Source: the human T2T-CHM13v2.0 reference genome, Homo sapiens
Direction: 5' to 3' (one strand)
Length of the DNA stretch: 64,000 nt
NCBI RefSeq assembly: GCF_009914755.1
Contig: NC_060937.1
Positions within the stretch are counted from its first letter, which is position 1; each line of letters starts with the position of its first letter. This document shows, one piece after another, positions 15,725 to 27,751 of this stretch. The notes under the pieces are model-generated. The model worked only from the letters and a program-made list of their open reading frames with translations, was not told the DNA's origin and did no database searches. The translations under genes were made by a program, and so were the position numbers.

Positions 15725-16050
15725 TATGAAGTTCAGCAGGCATCCTTTTGGCCCTGAAGTCAGGTGGGAATGTCTGCCCCGCTTCAGGAGAAGTGCAGCT
15801 GGAATTCATGTGGTGGTTAATGTTGGGCACCACCAATTTAATTAGTTTAACCACTTGAGTCCTGCTGAATGAACCTAGTACATGGGGTTAATCACTTATC
15901 AGTGGGAAAGTATAAGACACATGTGCCGGTAGAGCACTATCAGCCAGCAGGTGATAGTCTGAGTTATGCGCTCTGCCCTGCCCACTGGGTGGCAGAGCCA
16001 GTGAAGCATTCAGCCATTGAATTTCCTGGCTGTTTAACTGACTCACATAC
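15725..16050. promoter_or_regulatory. Candidate enhancer or structured element in unique, locally GC-richer DNA
   Basis: Two GTGGGAA (RBPJ-type) sites at 15764 and 15902; CAGGTG/CAGCTG E-boxes; TGTGGT, CCACTTGA, CTTATC/TGATAG and TGACTCA motifs; six inverted repeats. Motif evidence only. Confidence 0.35.
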
Positions 16051-17834
16051 TACTCAGGACAAATTAGCCTTGTGAATTTCTTCTGCTAGTTTTTCTTAAA
16101 TGAATACATCTTGTTTGTTGAGTTTTTTAAAGGTGGCTTTTCTCCCAGATTTCTATCAGCACTTATTTTACTTTCTTCATTATCCTTTTAAGAGAAAAAC
16201 ACAAGATCATTGTTGACCCCTGGGAATGTTAAAAGGGAAACTTTAATTGATATTTAATGCCTAATTGTCACCAAATATAAATATATCATAATACCTGTTA
16301 AGTACTGGAAAGTGAATAAGTCTCCAAAATATTTGTTCGACTCTTTCTTATAAGATACCAATTTGGGAAACCTTGGCAGATTCTTTATGTTCCAAAGACC
16401 ATTTTATTAACAGTTGTTTTGTTAAATAGGGCAGTCACTGGATAATGACTAAATACTACTTCTACTCACAAGAATATGAAATATAAAGCTGACTAATATC
16501 AAAACAGTTATTAGATATAAATACTAACACAGAGAGTCAAACATTGTGATATATTCAGAAAGATCAGTTTATATTTGATCAAAGGAATTCCTCTTCTAGA
16601 ATTGTTAAACCTGTTATAACCAAATAGGTACCATAATAATATGAACATGCAAGAATTAGCATACTTGAGAGCTTGAGGGAAATTGTGAACCCTTAATTTG
16701 CACTGAGATACACATTTTATCAATCTTGGCATGTGATAAAAGAATTGAATCTCATCTAGGGATAATTTTTGTCAAATATAGACAGCTAATTAGAAATAAA
16801 GCTTGTGATGATGTGTTAGACCCAAGTAACCTTTCTTTCAGCGCATCATAGAGAAAGACTATTCACTATCATCAGATGAGAAGATTTTATTTCTTGAGTA
16901 TGATACACAGTCCTTTCAGTATTTCTCACTTTCTCATGGAGCTAGAGTAAGGAATTTATAGTAAGAAATGGAATTTCCCACTTAAAACTGAGACTGATTG
17001 AGGTTGATTTTACAATTTTCGTGTATCTATATATCAACTGTAGACATTAAAGTTGAGCTTCGATACTCCCTGTTCTTTTCAGTTTGCTTCCCTGGCCACT
17101 TAACATTAAGTGTCATCATTTCACTGACTACAGACAATGAAAAGTGTATAGAAGTTGTGTCATTTCCGAAAGCAAACATTTAATTGTTGGGACTTGATTT
17201 TTTCCACCTTTCTTTCCCTGCTCCTTCAACTGGGAAGTCGTTTATTATAGACAATTTAGTTACAGTATGTGGAACCACCACCAGCCTGCATCGCTGACTC
17301 ACTGTTGAGAAAGCTGTTGCCCTGAACATTTTCCAAGTTCACAACAGACTTTAAGTTGTTGAGAAGTAAACTTTGTTGTTACTATTTTTTATACAACAAA
17401 GCTTTTGAACCTTTGTGTATGTGTTACTGCAGTATACCCTATTCTATTCTGACTGATAAACTGTCAACTCTGTATGAATCTTTTGATAGTGTTGGGGAAA
17501 AAAGTAACTTTTTTTTTTACAATAACTGGAAATGTGATTAGAAAATTTCACCATCCTAATTTAATCTGTATTCATTTTAACTTGAAATATAGTTCCTTTT
17601 TTCCATTGTTTAGAACTATCTATACAACCAGTATTTGAGCACATGTCATATATTTTCTGAATGCTATTGCTGAAATATCAATCTCCTCTGAATGTGACAG
17701 AAACAGTAATGCTTGACAAGCCATCCTTTGCAACTTAACTTGTATCTACAAGCTGACACAAGACTCTAATTATTTTGTATTTAAAAGCAAATCCTTAGTG
17801 ATTGCTCAATAGATTACCTCAATCTTATTATTAT

Positions 17835-17940
17835 TCTCATTCATTTATTACTCACAAATGTTTTATTGAGATTCCATTGTGTGTCAAAATGTGTTTTTGA
17901 CTTTGGATACAAACAGTGAAAAAGATTGACAGTCTCAAAC
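17835..17940 (-). mobile_element. L2 3' fragment
   Basis: CATTCATTTATT..CAAATGTTTTATTGAG..GGATACAAACAGTGAAAAAGA. Confidence 0.6.
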
Positions 17941-18899
17941 CATGTGCTTCTGTGACAAGTTTGCCTTTGCATACCACAGCTGTGCCAAACCTCTAGAACT
18001 CTATGTTAGTGCCAAGAGAAGGAATGCCCACTATGAGATTACATAAGTTTAGAAAACATAAAGTCATCTATTCCTCACTTGCCCTTTAAAATATATTTTT
18101 TTTCTATTTACTGCTTCTGCACCCATGGAATTGAAGTATTTTTGATATTTCAGACATCTGTTAGTGAGAAGGCTTTATAATCAGGAAGGTTAGACAGTGC
18201 TTTAGAAAAGTTTCAATATTCGTTAATTTTCTATCATCACTTAAGTAAAATTAAAATTACAAATCAAGAACTCATGAAGGGCCCACATTTCTATATTTAT
18301 CTAGTGACTTCCTGACATTCTCCTTCCTGAATTTCATTATATCATAATATCAAATGGCTTGTAGTCCCCCACAGACATGATAATCTTCCAGTTCCATTTG
18401 TCTGTGTCCAAGTTGTTATCACTCGCTCTATAATTCTGCTTAGCCTGTTATCACCTTATCTTCCCATTCTCATCTTGGGTGTGTTTTCCCAATAGAGGCA
18501 TTGCTGACACAACCAGGCAGAATTAAGTGTCCTGTTCTATGTTACCATTGTCCTCTGCATATGCCTTCAGCAAAACAATATCATATATGCAAAACTATTT
18601 ATTTATCTGTTTGTAAAGTCTTACTAGATTGTAAGCACTTTAGAAAAGCCACTGTTAAAACTGTCTTCAGGCTTTTCAATAAGAAGTATGCTGAGACACC
18701 ACTATTAGTCAATAAATATTTTTTAGGCACTGCTTGATAAAAGCTCCTGTTGTTTTAAAGGTAAAAAACATATAGATGCAATAAATTCTGAAGACATGAT
18801 TAGTCATTCATATATGAAAACTTTGACATAACCGAACCACATTTTTTTCTTTGACCATGTTCTGGTATACTTTGCAAGAGGCTATGATTAAAGATGGAG

Positions 18900-19095
18900 A
18901 GAATACATATTGAAGTCATAAAATCTGGGGGTTGGCATCTATCTTTCTCATATTTTATGACTTTTAGAAAGTCATTTTACATCAGTTTTGTCTTCCATAA
19001 AATAGGAATAATAGTAATAACATCCAACATGCACAACATAACAAATAAGATATGGAAGTATCTATAAATCATACTTAACACATACTAGTTTATCT
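18900..19095 (+). mobile_element. MIR fragment
   Basis: TGAAGTCATAAAATCTGGG..ATGACTTTTAGAAAGTCATTT..TCAGTTTTGTCTTCCATAAAATAGGAATAATA. Confidence 0.6.
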
Positions 19096-19383
19096 TAAAT
19101 TTTAGAAAAATGTATGTATAGAATACTGAGACATAAAATATTATATGAAGTTAACCTTATTAATAGGCTATGTCATGTTAATCTTAATTCTATCACATTT
19201 GCCTAAACTAATTAAATTCCTTCTAATAATATTTCCTATAAGTTATTAGCAATATAAATAAGTACATGACAAGCATTTAAATATTCTCCCAGCAAGTACT
19301 CCCAATAAAACTTTTAGGTAGCCATTAGCAATGTCACGTCTGTTTGCAAAATAAAATTGCCTTCTACAGGGCTTTAAAAATCA

Positions 19384-19677
<294 letters not shown>

Positions 19678-20037
19678 TCACGTATAAATATGAATTATTA
19701 TGTGTAACTAAAATATTGTCATGATCCCACTTGTTTGAGATTTCTAGGAGAAAAAAAGTTAAGCCAATTATATATAGTCCAGATGAATTGAAATTATCCT
19801 ACCTGCCAAATTAGTTGGGACACTTTTATTTATGTTTTTTTTTTTAGCCTCCATAAAATGTTCCAAGTGGTAGTTTTAGTATCTGACATTTGATTCAAGC
19901 TACTTTATCTTCCCATTTTTTTCTTGCCTGACTCAAAATCACATTTCAGGTGCTTTTAACATGTGTAAAGATCCCATTAAAACCCATTTATATGATGAGA
20001 CTGTCCATTATTGGCCTCCAGAGACCCTAGGAAGACA

Positions 20038-20172
20038 CATTCATTCATTCATTCATTCATTTCTCAATTCAATAAATATTTGTTGAACATCAATTGTGTG
20101 ACGCATGCTGATTTAGGTATTTAAGAGAGATTTGTAAATGAAACTGATCTTCCTTCTGCAGTTTACATTCTG
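20038..20172 (-). mobile_element. L2 3' end with (TTCA)n tail
   Basis: (CATT)n, CAATAAATATTTGTTGAAC..GTTTACATTCT. Confidence 0.7.
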
Positions 20173-20951
20173 AAATATCTCTATTTCATTACTCACTTGA
20201 TAGTATTTTGTTCTTCTTCCTACTAACATAATTATGATACTGTAATTCTATTGCCATTGTATTTCCTGAGCTACTCACTAGGTGGTTGCAGCATGCCCCT
20301 GTTGCTATGAATAATCACTTGAAGCCATAAGGAGATTGAAAAATGTTTCCAAATGTTGGTTCCCGTAGCTGAACCATTCCTTATAAAGAAGCTATTTTCT
20401 TAAATAATATTTAGGATTTTCAGAGAAGATCTCATCTCATTAAAGAAAGATGTATATATTTATAACCTTCTATTAATTATTCTACCCGCACTTTCTTTCT
20501 AAAATTAATTGGCACTTGATGAATGTGAATTTGGGGTTAACATAGTCTTGGCGGTATCAGAAGAAACCTGTCATGGGAGCTGGAACCACTACTTCTTGGA
20601 ACTTAGATGTGGGTTGTAATAATCGCCTATTGTGACAGAGTTTTTTGGTAATTTAAGTTTTTCTTTTTTTTTTTTTCCTTTTTAGATGTCCATGGCCTAC
20701 ATTCTCCACTGAGTTTGCAAGCCATGTCAGAATAACTCAGGACAAGGTTTAAGATCTATATAAGTGGTACTCCAAGCTCTAGGCAAGTGAGAAAAATCAG
20801 GATGATAGTTTCAGTGTCCTAAAATATCACGAGAGAATTAGGTCATCCAGGAGCTAGTAGCCTAAACGTGGCACATGCCAAGTTCTACAATTATATGTAA
20901 TACATATTGGTACACTTTGATAAAAGGACAGGGTATTCATAATGTAATGGT

Positions 20952-21419
20952 TGTACTAGCTACCTATTGCTGTATAACAATTTATTTCAAATCATAATGA
21001 CCCAAAACAACAATTGTCACTTATTATCTCAGATAGTATCTGTTGTTCAAATACTTTGGAGCAGTTCATTGTTGTGGCTCAGTATCCTAATGCAGCTGGA
21101 GACTTGATTAAGGATAATGAATCTTCTCCAAGTTGGCTTAATCACAAGTCTGTTGGCAGCTGGCCTCTACTTGCCATGTGGACTTCTTCATATTGCTTCT
21201 TGAGTATTTTATTGACATGACAACTAGTTTCTGTCAAAGCAAATAATTCAAGATACAATGCTTTTTATGACCTAGGCTTGGAAGTCACATACCATCTTTT
21301 TCTTAATTCCCTACAGGTTACACATATTACATCTCTTCATTGTGAGAAGGTATATATGAGACTACGAGTAAATAGGAGGTGAAAATTACTACTGGCCATC
21401 TTGTGGGCTTGTTATCTCA
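20952..21419 (-). mobile_element. MLT1G/H-type MaLR LTR
   Basis: Starts TGTACTAGCTACCTATTGCTGTATAACAA; contains TTTTATGACCTAGGCTTGGAAGTCACATA and GGCCATCTTG. Confidence 0.7.
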
Positions 21420-22034
21420 ATTGAGATGCCATTTTTTTCCCACTATCATCACCATTAACAATAAGGTATTTATGAAAATGGCATAACTGATAGTGTCAAC
21501 AATGTGTATTGGTCAAATGGAATAAAAACTATTAGTCATCCCTTCTTTACTTTAATTGTTGAATCAGATAAAGCTTTTGAGCAACCTTGAATCATGTCAG
21601 CCCTACCTCTTATCCCAGCTAATGCTGCAATGACCAACTCTGCATAGCTTTTGGCCAGCTTTACACTTGATAAATTTTACAGTGCCTCACCTTTTATTTG
21701 CATCACAAAATTCTTACTTTATAGAATCGCAAACCTTCAGCTTTGCTTTCTTTAATAATACTATGCCATGCCCAAAGAAAAGTGAAGAGCAATATGAATG
21801 TGTAACTCAGAATTTGAGAGAGTAAATGTGCATGGCTTTCTCCTTGAAATGTGACAGTCAGATTTATATGAATAAATGCTTTCTCCTTTTGTTCTTCCAG
21901 GTAAATATTTATGAAATTTGTTTCTGTGAATTTCAGAAACTAATCTGAGATCAAGCCTGAGTTTACCATAACATAAGCCAACTCAGGCTACATGCATTGG
22001 TAGATGCTTTTGGAAGTGAGGCACTAATTTATCC

Positions 22035-22377
22035 AGTGTGTTGGTTTCTAATAGTTCATAGATGAATCCAACTCCACTAATTGTCTGCAATAGAGAAGGA
22101 TGCCTTACCCAAAACTATGTCCCTCATTTGAGCATATTGCATCCATTGAATTCAGGGCCACAGTGGCCCACAACTTTGCCTGATATGGAAAAATTGTGAA
22201 AAGCCATTACAACTCCAGAGCTCACTGTTAGATCAGCTGAGACCTCTGTTGCAACTGCATTAGAGTTTAAATACTCTCTTTATCCAATCCTCATTTGTTA
22301 AGCAATTCTTAATGAAACTCTTGCATGCAAGTTTCAGAGTTTAAATATCCTCTTTCCAGAGAACACCACCTATGACA
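22035..22377 (+). mobile_element. LTR16-type ERVL LTR
   Basis: CTCCAGAGCTC..GATCAGCTGAGACCTCTGTTGCAACTGCAT and the end CCAGAGAACACCACCTATGACA. Confidence 0.7.
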
Positions 22378-24310
22378 TTTTTTTACCAAGACTAGTGTGA
22401 TGATGCAGAGATTTATAGGAAACTGGATCACCTACTGGGCAGCTTGCAATGAGAACATCATCTTTAATGGAGTTAGAGCACTGGTAGATCCTAGCACGTA
22501 ATTGTTTTGAAATTGTTAAAACGTTTACTGGAGATGAAGTAGGACAGAATATCAGTGGAAGGGAATGTGCTCAAATGTAAACAATCTCGGGATTTTGAGA
22601 GGTATAAGAGAAATTATATTTAGAGGAATATGCCATCTAATGGCTATTGAATTTATGGTATTTATGTAAGACAAGGGTAGGCTGAAGAAAATAAATCACC
22701 AATAAAATAAATTACCAATATAAGGGAAAGCATAAATAACAAAGGACCTTTTTGGTAATACATAAAGAAACTTATCTCCTGTAGCCAGAGTCTGGAAAAA
22801 GCTGAAAACCAAGCCCAAGACTGAATTGTAAGAGAAACATTGCTTCAGATAAGTCGATTCTCTATCACAAAGTTTTTAATGTATTCTTATGGAAAGGGCC
22901 TCACTGCAAAAGAATTATAGGGTGAGGACTTAATGGTGAATGAAGCTAAAAATATCCCATCCCCAGTTTTTGATCATTCTGGGACTACAGAAGCAGTTAT
23001 GTTCTCCTTGTTAAAGTCTGGTAAGCCCTTTTTCTCTTAAAGACATGTAAAGGCATCTGTCTTAAAGAACAACATACATCTTCCTTAAGATCTAATTCTG
23101 ACTCTTCTTTGGAAACAACATAAATATCCCATGCCAGTTTGCTATATATCTGAATCAAGAAAGTGCTTGGACTACTAACAGAAGAAAGTGATTAGCCAAA
23201 GGAGTTGGAGTACCAAGTCAACATGTGTTAGCAGAAGCTTGGGGACTATGTATATGACTGAATCCTGAAATTACTGAATCAATGAGAATGGAATTTAAAG
23301 TTGAACAGGGAGAGTTTGAAATATGTGGATAGCGTATCCTGATACAGAATTTAATACCCTGGTAAACACCCTGAAAAACAGTGAAAATATGCTACTATGT
23401 TGACATTTGGAATCTTGGGAAAAGTGATGACCCGTCATAAGTGAAAGGAGAAGAAAAAGATCACATATGTGAGCATACTCATGAGTACATATTACATAAG
23501 GTGAGAATACTCATTAGCTGACATTTTCTTTTGGAAGGTTCAAAGGATGCTCTGTGTACACCAAAGCAATAAGGATGCATTGGTAAGAATTTCACTAGTA
23601 TCATTAAGCTCAGTTGTTATTGTTGTCTTTTGATCAGCGCTAAAAGTAGGAGATAGCATTACAGAATTGGACTCGGTGATTACAAAGGACATGGTAGCAT
23701 TCTAAAATATTAGAGGTCAGATAGATATGCTTAACTATTAAAGTTAAGGAGATTACAATTATTGTAAAGATTGGGATTCAGTGGTCTTGACGTATGGAGA
23801 GCAAGAGATGATTAATAGAACATGGCTTCCCAGGATCAAGGTACATTGGCTTTCGTAAGAAGCCTGTTAAATCTATATAGCGAAAGCATTCCAGGATGGA
23901 TGATCAGAAAGCTGAGGGAAGCCACTCCTAAAAGCAGTCAACTCTCTTTTCTGGTTTCCAGTTTATGTTTGAACTTCTCAGATCTAGAAACTGTTGACAG
24001 AAGAAAAGGATGGGACGCCATATGAATAAAGAATCATGCACAGTGGCATGTATACATGGTAATGATTTCTCAGTCATTCCCCAAAGAACGTATGGACATT
24101 CACTTAGTTAACTGTGCCCAAAGGAAAGGGAAATATCCATACATGTTTAAGAACTATGGACAGAGTCCAGTTTGACATTGATAACCTCAAATGCAAATAA
24201 TCATTATGATTCTTTTATTAGAATGAGAGTCAATTAGAGGTCAAAAATTAAAGGGATTCATAGTCCGAATCCAGGTCATAAGGCACACAGTGGTCCATAG
24301 ATTTGTGTAT
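22378..24310 (+). mobile_element. HERV16/ERVL internal region (degraded gag to protease)
   Basis: Follows the LTR. Degraded protease-like GACTATGGACAGAGTCCAGTTTGACATTGATA near 24152. Homologous to 32760-34140. Confidence 0.65.
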
Positions 24311-25907
24311 ATGTATTTTACACGACAAAAATTTCCAAAGTCTGCATTTTTTTTAACAAATGTCGTTTTCATTTAAGGCACGGAGGACAAACACCAGGCA
24401 TCTCATTTCTGCATTCCTGTTCTGTTTATGTAGGTAAAATTAGCTTTCTTCTGTAAAATTTTAACATTGGATCAGATTATATATAATATATAGCTCATAT
24501 CTAAAAGATTTAAATACAGTTAATAGTCTAGATTTGGTGTTTATAGAAACTACAAAAAACTCATTACTTGAAATTACAAAATCATGGTGACACTGCATCT
24601 ATTTATGGTGCATCTTTCTGGTAATATATTCAAGAAACAAAATCAATTTGCAGATCTTGATTGGAGAAATTAAATTCATTACAGGGTGATGAGAAGGCAG
24701 CAGTAATAGGGAAAATTGAGGATAGTACCAGTTATTTGTTTAAGTGGGTAATAAATGGAAAGAATAGGGAAGCTTTATAAAACCTTAAAGAATACAGGTT
24801 TTCTACATGGATTGTTGTAGAAAAATAGCCATGAAAATGGAAGTTCTTAGACCTATAAAGTAGGGGATGCTTTAGCAGGTAGCATATATAAAAATATGTG
24901 TTTCTGAACAAGAGATGTAGTATTTAAAACAGTATAATAAGTTTAATAAATTAACATGATTGATAAAAAAGAATATATGATCACACACTGAAACTTTATT
25001 GTGAGTATTGCAAGTTCAGAATCAAATAGATATCTTTTGCTGTGAGAGTTAGGGTGAATACTGGAAAGTATGAATTATGAATATGATTAGATCTGTAATT
25101 TCTAATACCATTCCCTGATTTATTAATTGCAGGATGTATGCTAGTAGTTAAAGTAATGATACTGATATGCCATTATAACATAAATGTAAACTAATTTTTA
25201 ACTTGAAATTATTTTTAATTTAGCTTTCCATTTAATTCAAATGATACAATGGTGCCTAGTCCTGAAATGAGAGAACTAGAGGAGAATTAAAGAAGACTTC
25301 CAGGTAAAAAAAGCTTTACATAACTCTTTTTCCCAAAACTTTCAAGATATTTGAAACATTATTTGGAAGCATTTTGTTTTCAAAATTTTTACTACTCCGT
25401 AAATGACTTAAATAGTATGTGATAAAAATAACATATAAGACTCATAAGAAAACTATATAATTCAGTTATAAAATTTAATTATAAAAACAAGTATGTTTTA
25501 TTTTCTTTTTCTTTGAAAACACATTTATGTCATGCATCTATATATACATTACATATATACACACACATACATATATACACATATACATATATATGATCCT
25601 GTTCTTTAATCGTCAGAAATAATATTACAGTGGTATATTAGTGAGTGCTTGCAATTACCTCAAGTATTGCTATAAAGAAATACTTGAGAATAGGTAGCTT
25701 ATAAAGAAAATATGTTTAATTATCTCATGGTTCTGCTGTGCAGGAAGCATGATGCTGTCATCTACTCGGCTTCTGGAGAGGCCTCAGGTCACTTAATCAC
25801 GGCTGAAGGCAGAGGGGGAGTGATCATTTACATGGCTAGAGCAGGAGAAACAGAGCCATAGGAGGGAGATGCTACACACTTTTAAGTGATCAGATATTGT
25901 AAGAACT

Positions 25908-27393
25908 CATGTTTGTCAAAGATCGGATGGCTGTAGATGTGTAGCGTTACATCTGAGGCCTCTGTTCTGCTCCATTGGTCTATATATCTGTTTTGGTACA
26001 AGTACCATGCAGTTTTGGTTACTGTAGCCTTGTAATATAGTGTGAAGTCAGGTAGTGTGATGCCTCCAGCTTTGTTCTTTTTGCTTAGGATTGTCTTGGC
26101 TATATGGCCTCTGTTTTGGTTCCATATGAAATTTAAAGTAGTTTCTTCTAGTTCTGTGAAGAAAGTCAATGGTAGCCTGATGTGGATTCCCTATTTAATA
26201 AATGGTGTTAGGAAAACTGGCTAGCCATATGCAGAAAACTGAAACTGGACCCCTTCCTTACACCATATACAAAAATTAACTAAAGTTCGATTAAAGACTT
26301 AAATGTAACACCTAAAACCATAAAAACCTAGAATAAAACCTATGCAATACCATTCAGGACATAGGCATGGGCAAAGACTTCATGACTAAAACACCAAAAG
26401 AAATGGCAACAAAAGCCAAAATTGACAAATGGGATCTGCACATTAAAAGAACTAACATCAGAGGGAACAGGCAACCTACAGAATGGGAGAAAATTTTTGC
26501 CATCTATCCATCTGACAAAGGGCTAGTATCCAGAATCTACAAGGAACTTAAATTTACAAGAAAAAAACAAAAATCCCAATCAAAAAGTGGGCAAAGGATC
26601 TGAACAGACACTTCTCAAAAGAATACATTTATGTCGCCAACAAACGCATGAAAAAAAGCTCATTATCACTGGTCATTAGAGAAATGCAAATCAAAACCAC
26701 AATGAGATACCATCTCATGCCAGTTAAAATGGTGATCATTAAAAAGTCAGGAAACAACAGATACTGGAGAGGTTGTGGAAAAATAGGAATGTTTTTACAC
26801 TGTTGGTGGGAGTGCAAATTAGTTCAACCATTGTGGAAGACAGTGTGGCAATTCCTCAAGGATCTAGAACCAGAAATACCATTTGACCTAGCAATCCAGT
26901 TACTGGGCATATACTCAAAGAATTATAAATTATTCTACCATAAAGACACATGAAAATACATGTTTACTGCAGCACTATTCACAATAGCAAAGACTTGGAA
27001 CCAACCCAGATGCCCATCAATTATAGACTGGATAAAGGAAATATGGCATGTATAAAACGTGGAATACTATGCAGCCATAAAAATGATGGTTTATGTCCTT
27101 TGCAGGGACATGGATAAAGCTGGAAACCATCATTCTCAGAAAACTAACACAGGAACAGAAAACCAAACACTGCATGTTCTCACTCACAAGTGGGAGTTGA
27201 ACAATGAGAACACATGGACACAAGGAAGGGAATATCACACACCAGGGCCTGTCAGGGAGTCAGAAGCTAGGGGAAGCATACCATTAGGAGAAATACCTAA
27301 TGTAGATAACGGTTTGATGGGTGCAGCAAACCACCATGGCCCGTGTATACCTATGTATCAAACCTGCACATTCTGCACATGTATCCCAGAACT

Positions 27394-27397
<4 letters not shown>
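25908..27397 (+). mobile_element. L1PA6/7-like, 5'-truncated with a 5' inversion (25908-26187 antisense, 26184-27397 sense)
   Basis: Antisense ORF2 peptide [22 protein letters not shown] joined to sense GGATTCCCTATTTAATAAATGG; C-terminal peptide [27 protein letters not shown]; full 3'UTR. Confidence 0.93.

Positions 27398-27457
<60 letters not shown>
27398..27457. repeat. Pure (AT)30 microsatellite at the L1 tail position
   Basis: 60 bp of uninterrupted alternating A/T. Confidence 0.97.
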
Positions 27458-27460
<3 letters not shown>

Positions 27461-27751
27461 ATGCAGTACCAAGGGGGAATAGGGCTAATGCTTTTATGAG
27501 AACTCCACTATCATTATCCAATCACCTCCCACCATGCCCCACCTCCACATAGGATTACAATCCTACATGAGATTTGGTGGGGACACAGACCCAAACCATA
27601 TCAGGTAGTGATATAACAATTCTAGTAATTGCCTTATATTTGATATATCAAAGATCAAAATGAAAAGCATTTACAAAAGTTGTTTTCCTTTGAAATATGC
27701 AAATGCTATGATTTTCTTTTCATTTTATTAAAAATAAACTTATTTTATGCC

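Larger units (their letters stand above)
25634..27603 (-). mobile_element. MSTA/MSTB MaLR solo LTR, split by an L1PA insertion
   Basis: ATTGCTATAAAGAAATACTTGAG..CAGGAAGCATGATGCT..AAGAACTCA, resuming at about 27462 with CAGTACCAAGGGGG..AAACCATATCA. Confidence 0.85.

Noticed and set aside
27059-27552. YIYIYI repeat proteins
   Set aside because: These are translations of the (AT)30 microsatellite.
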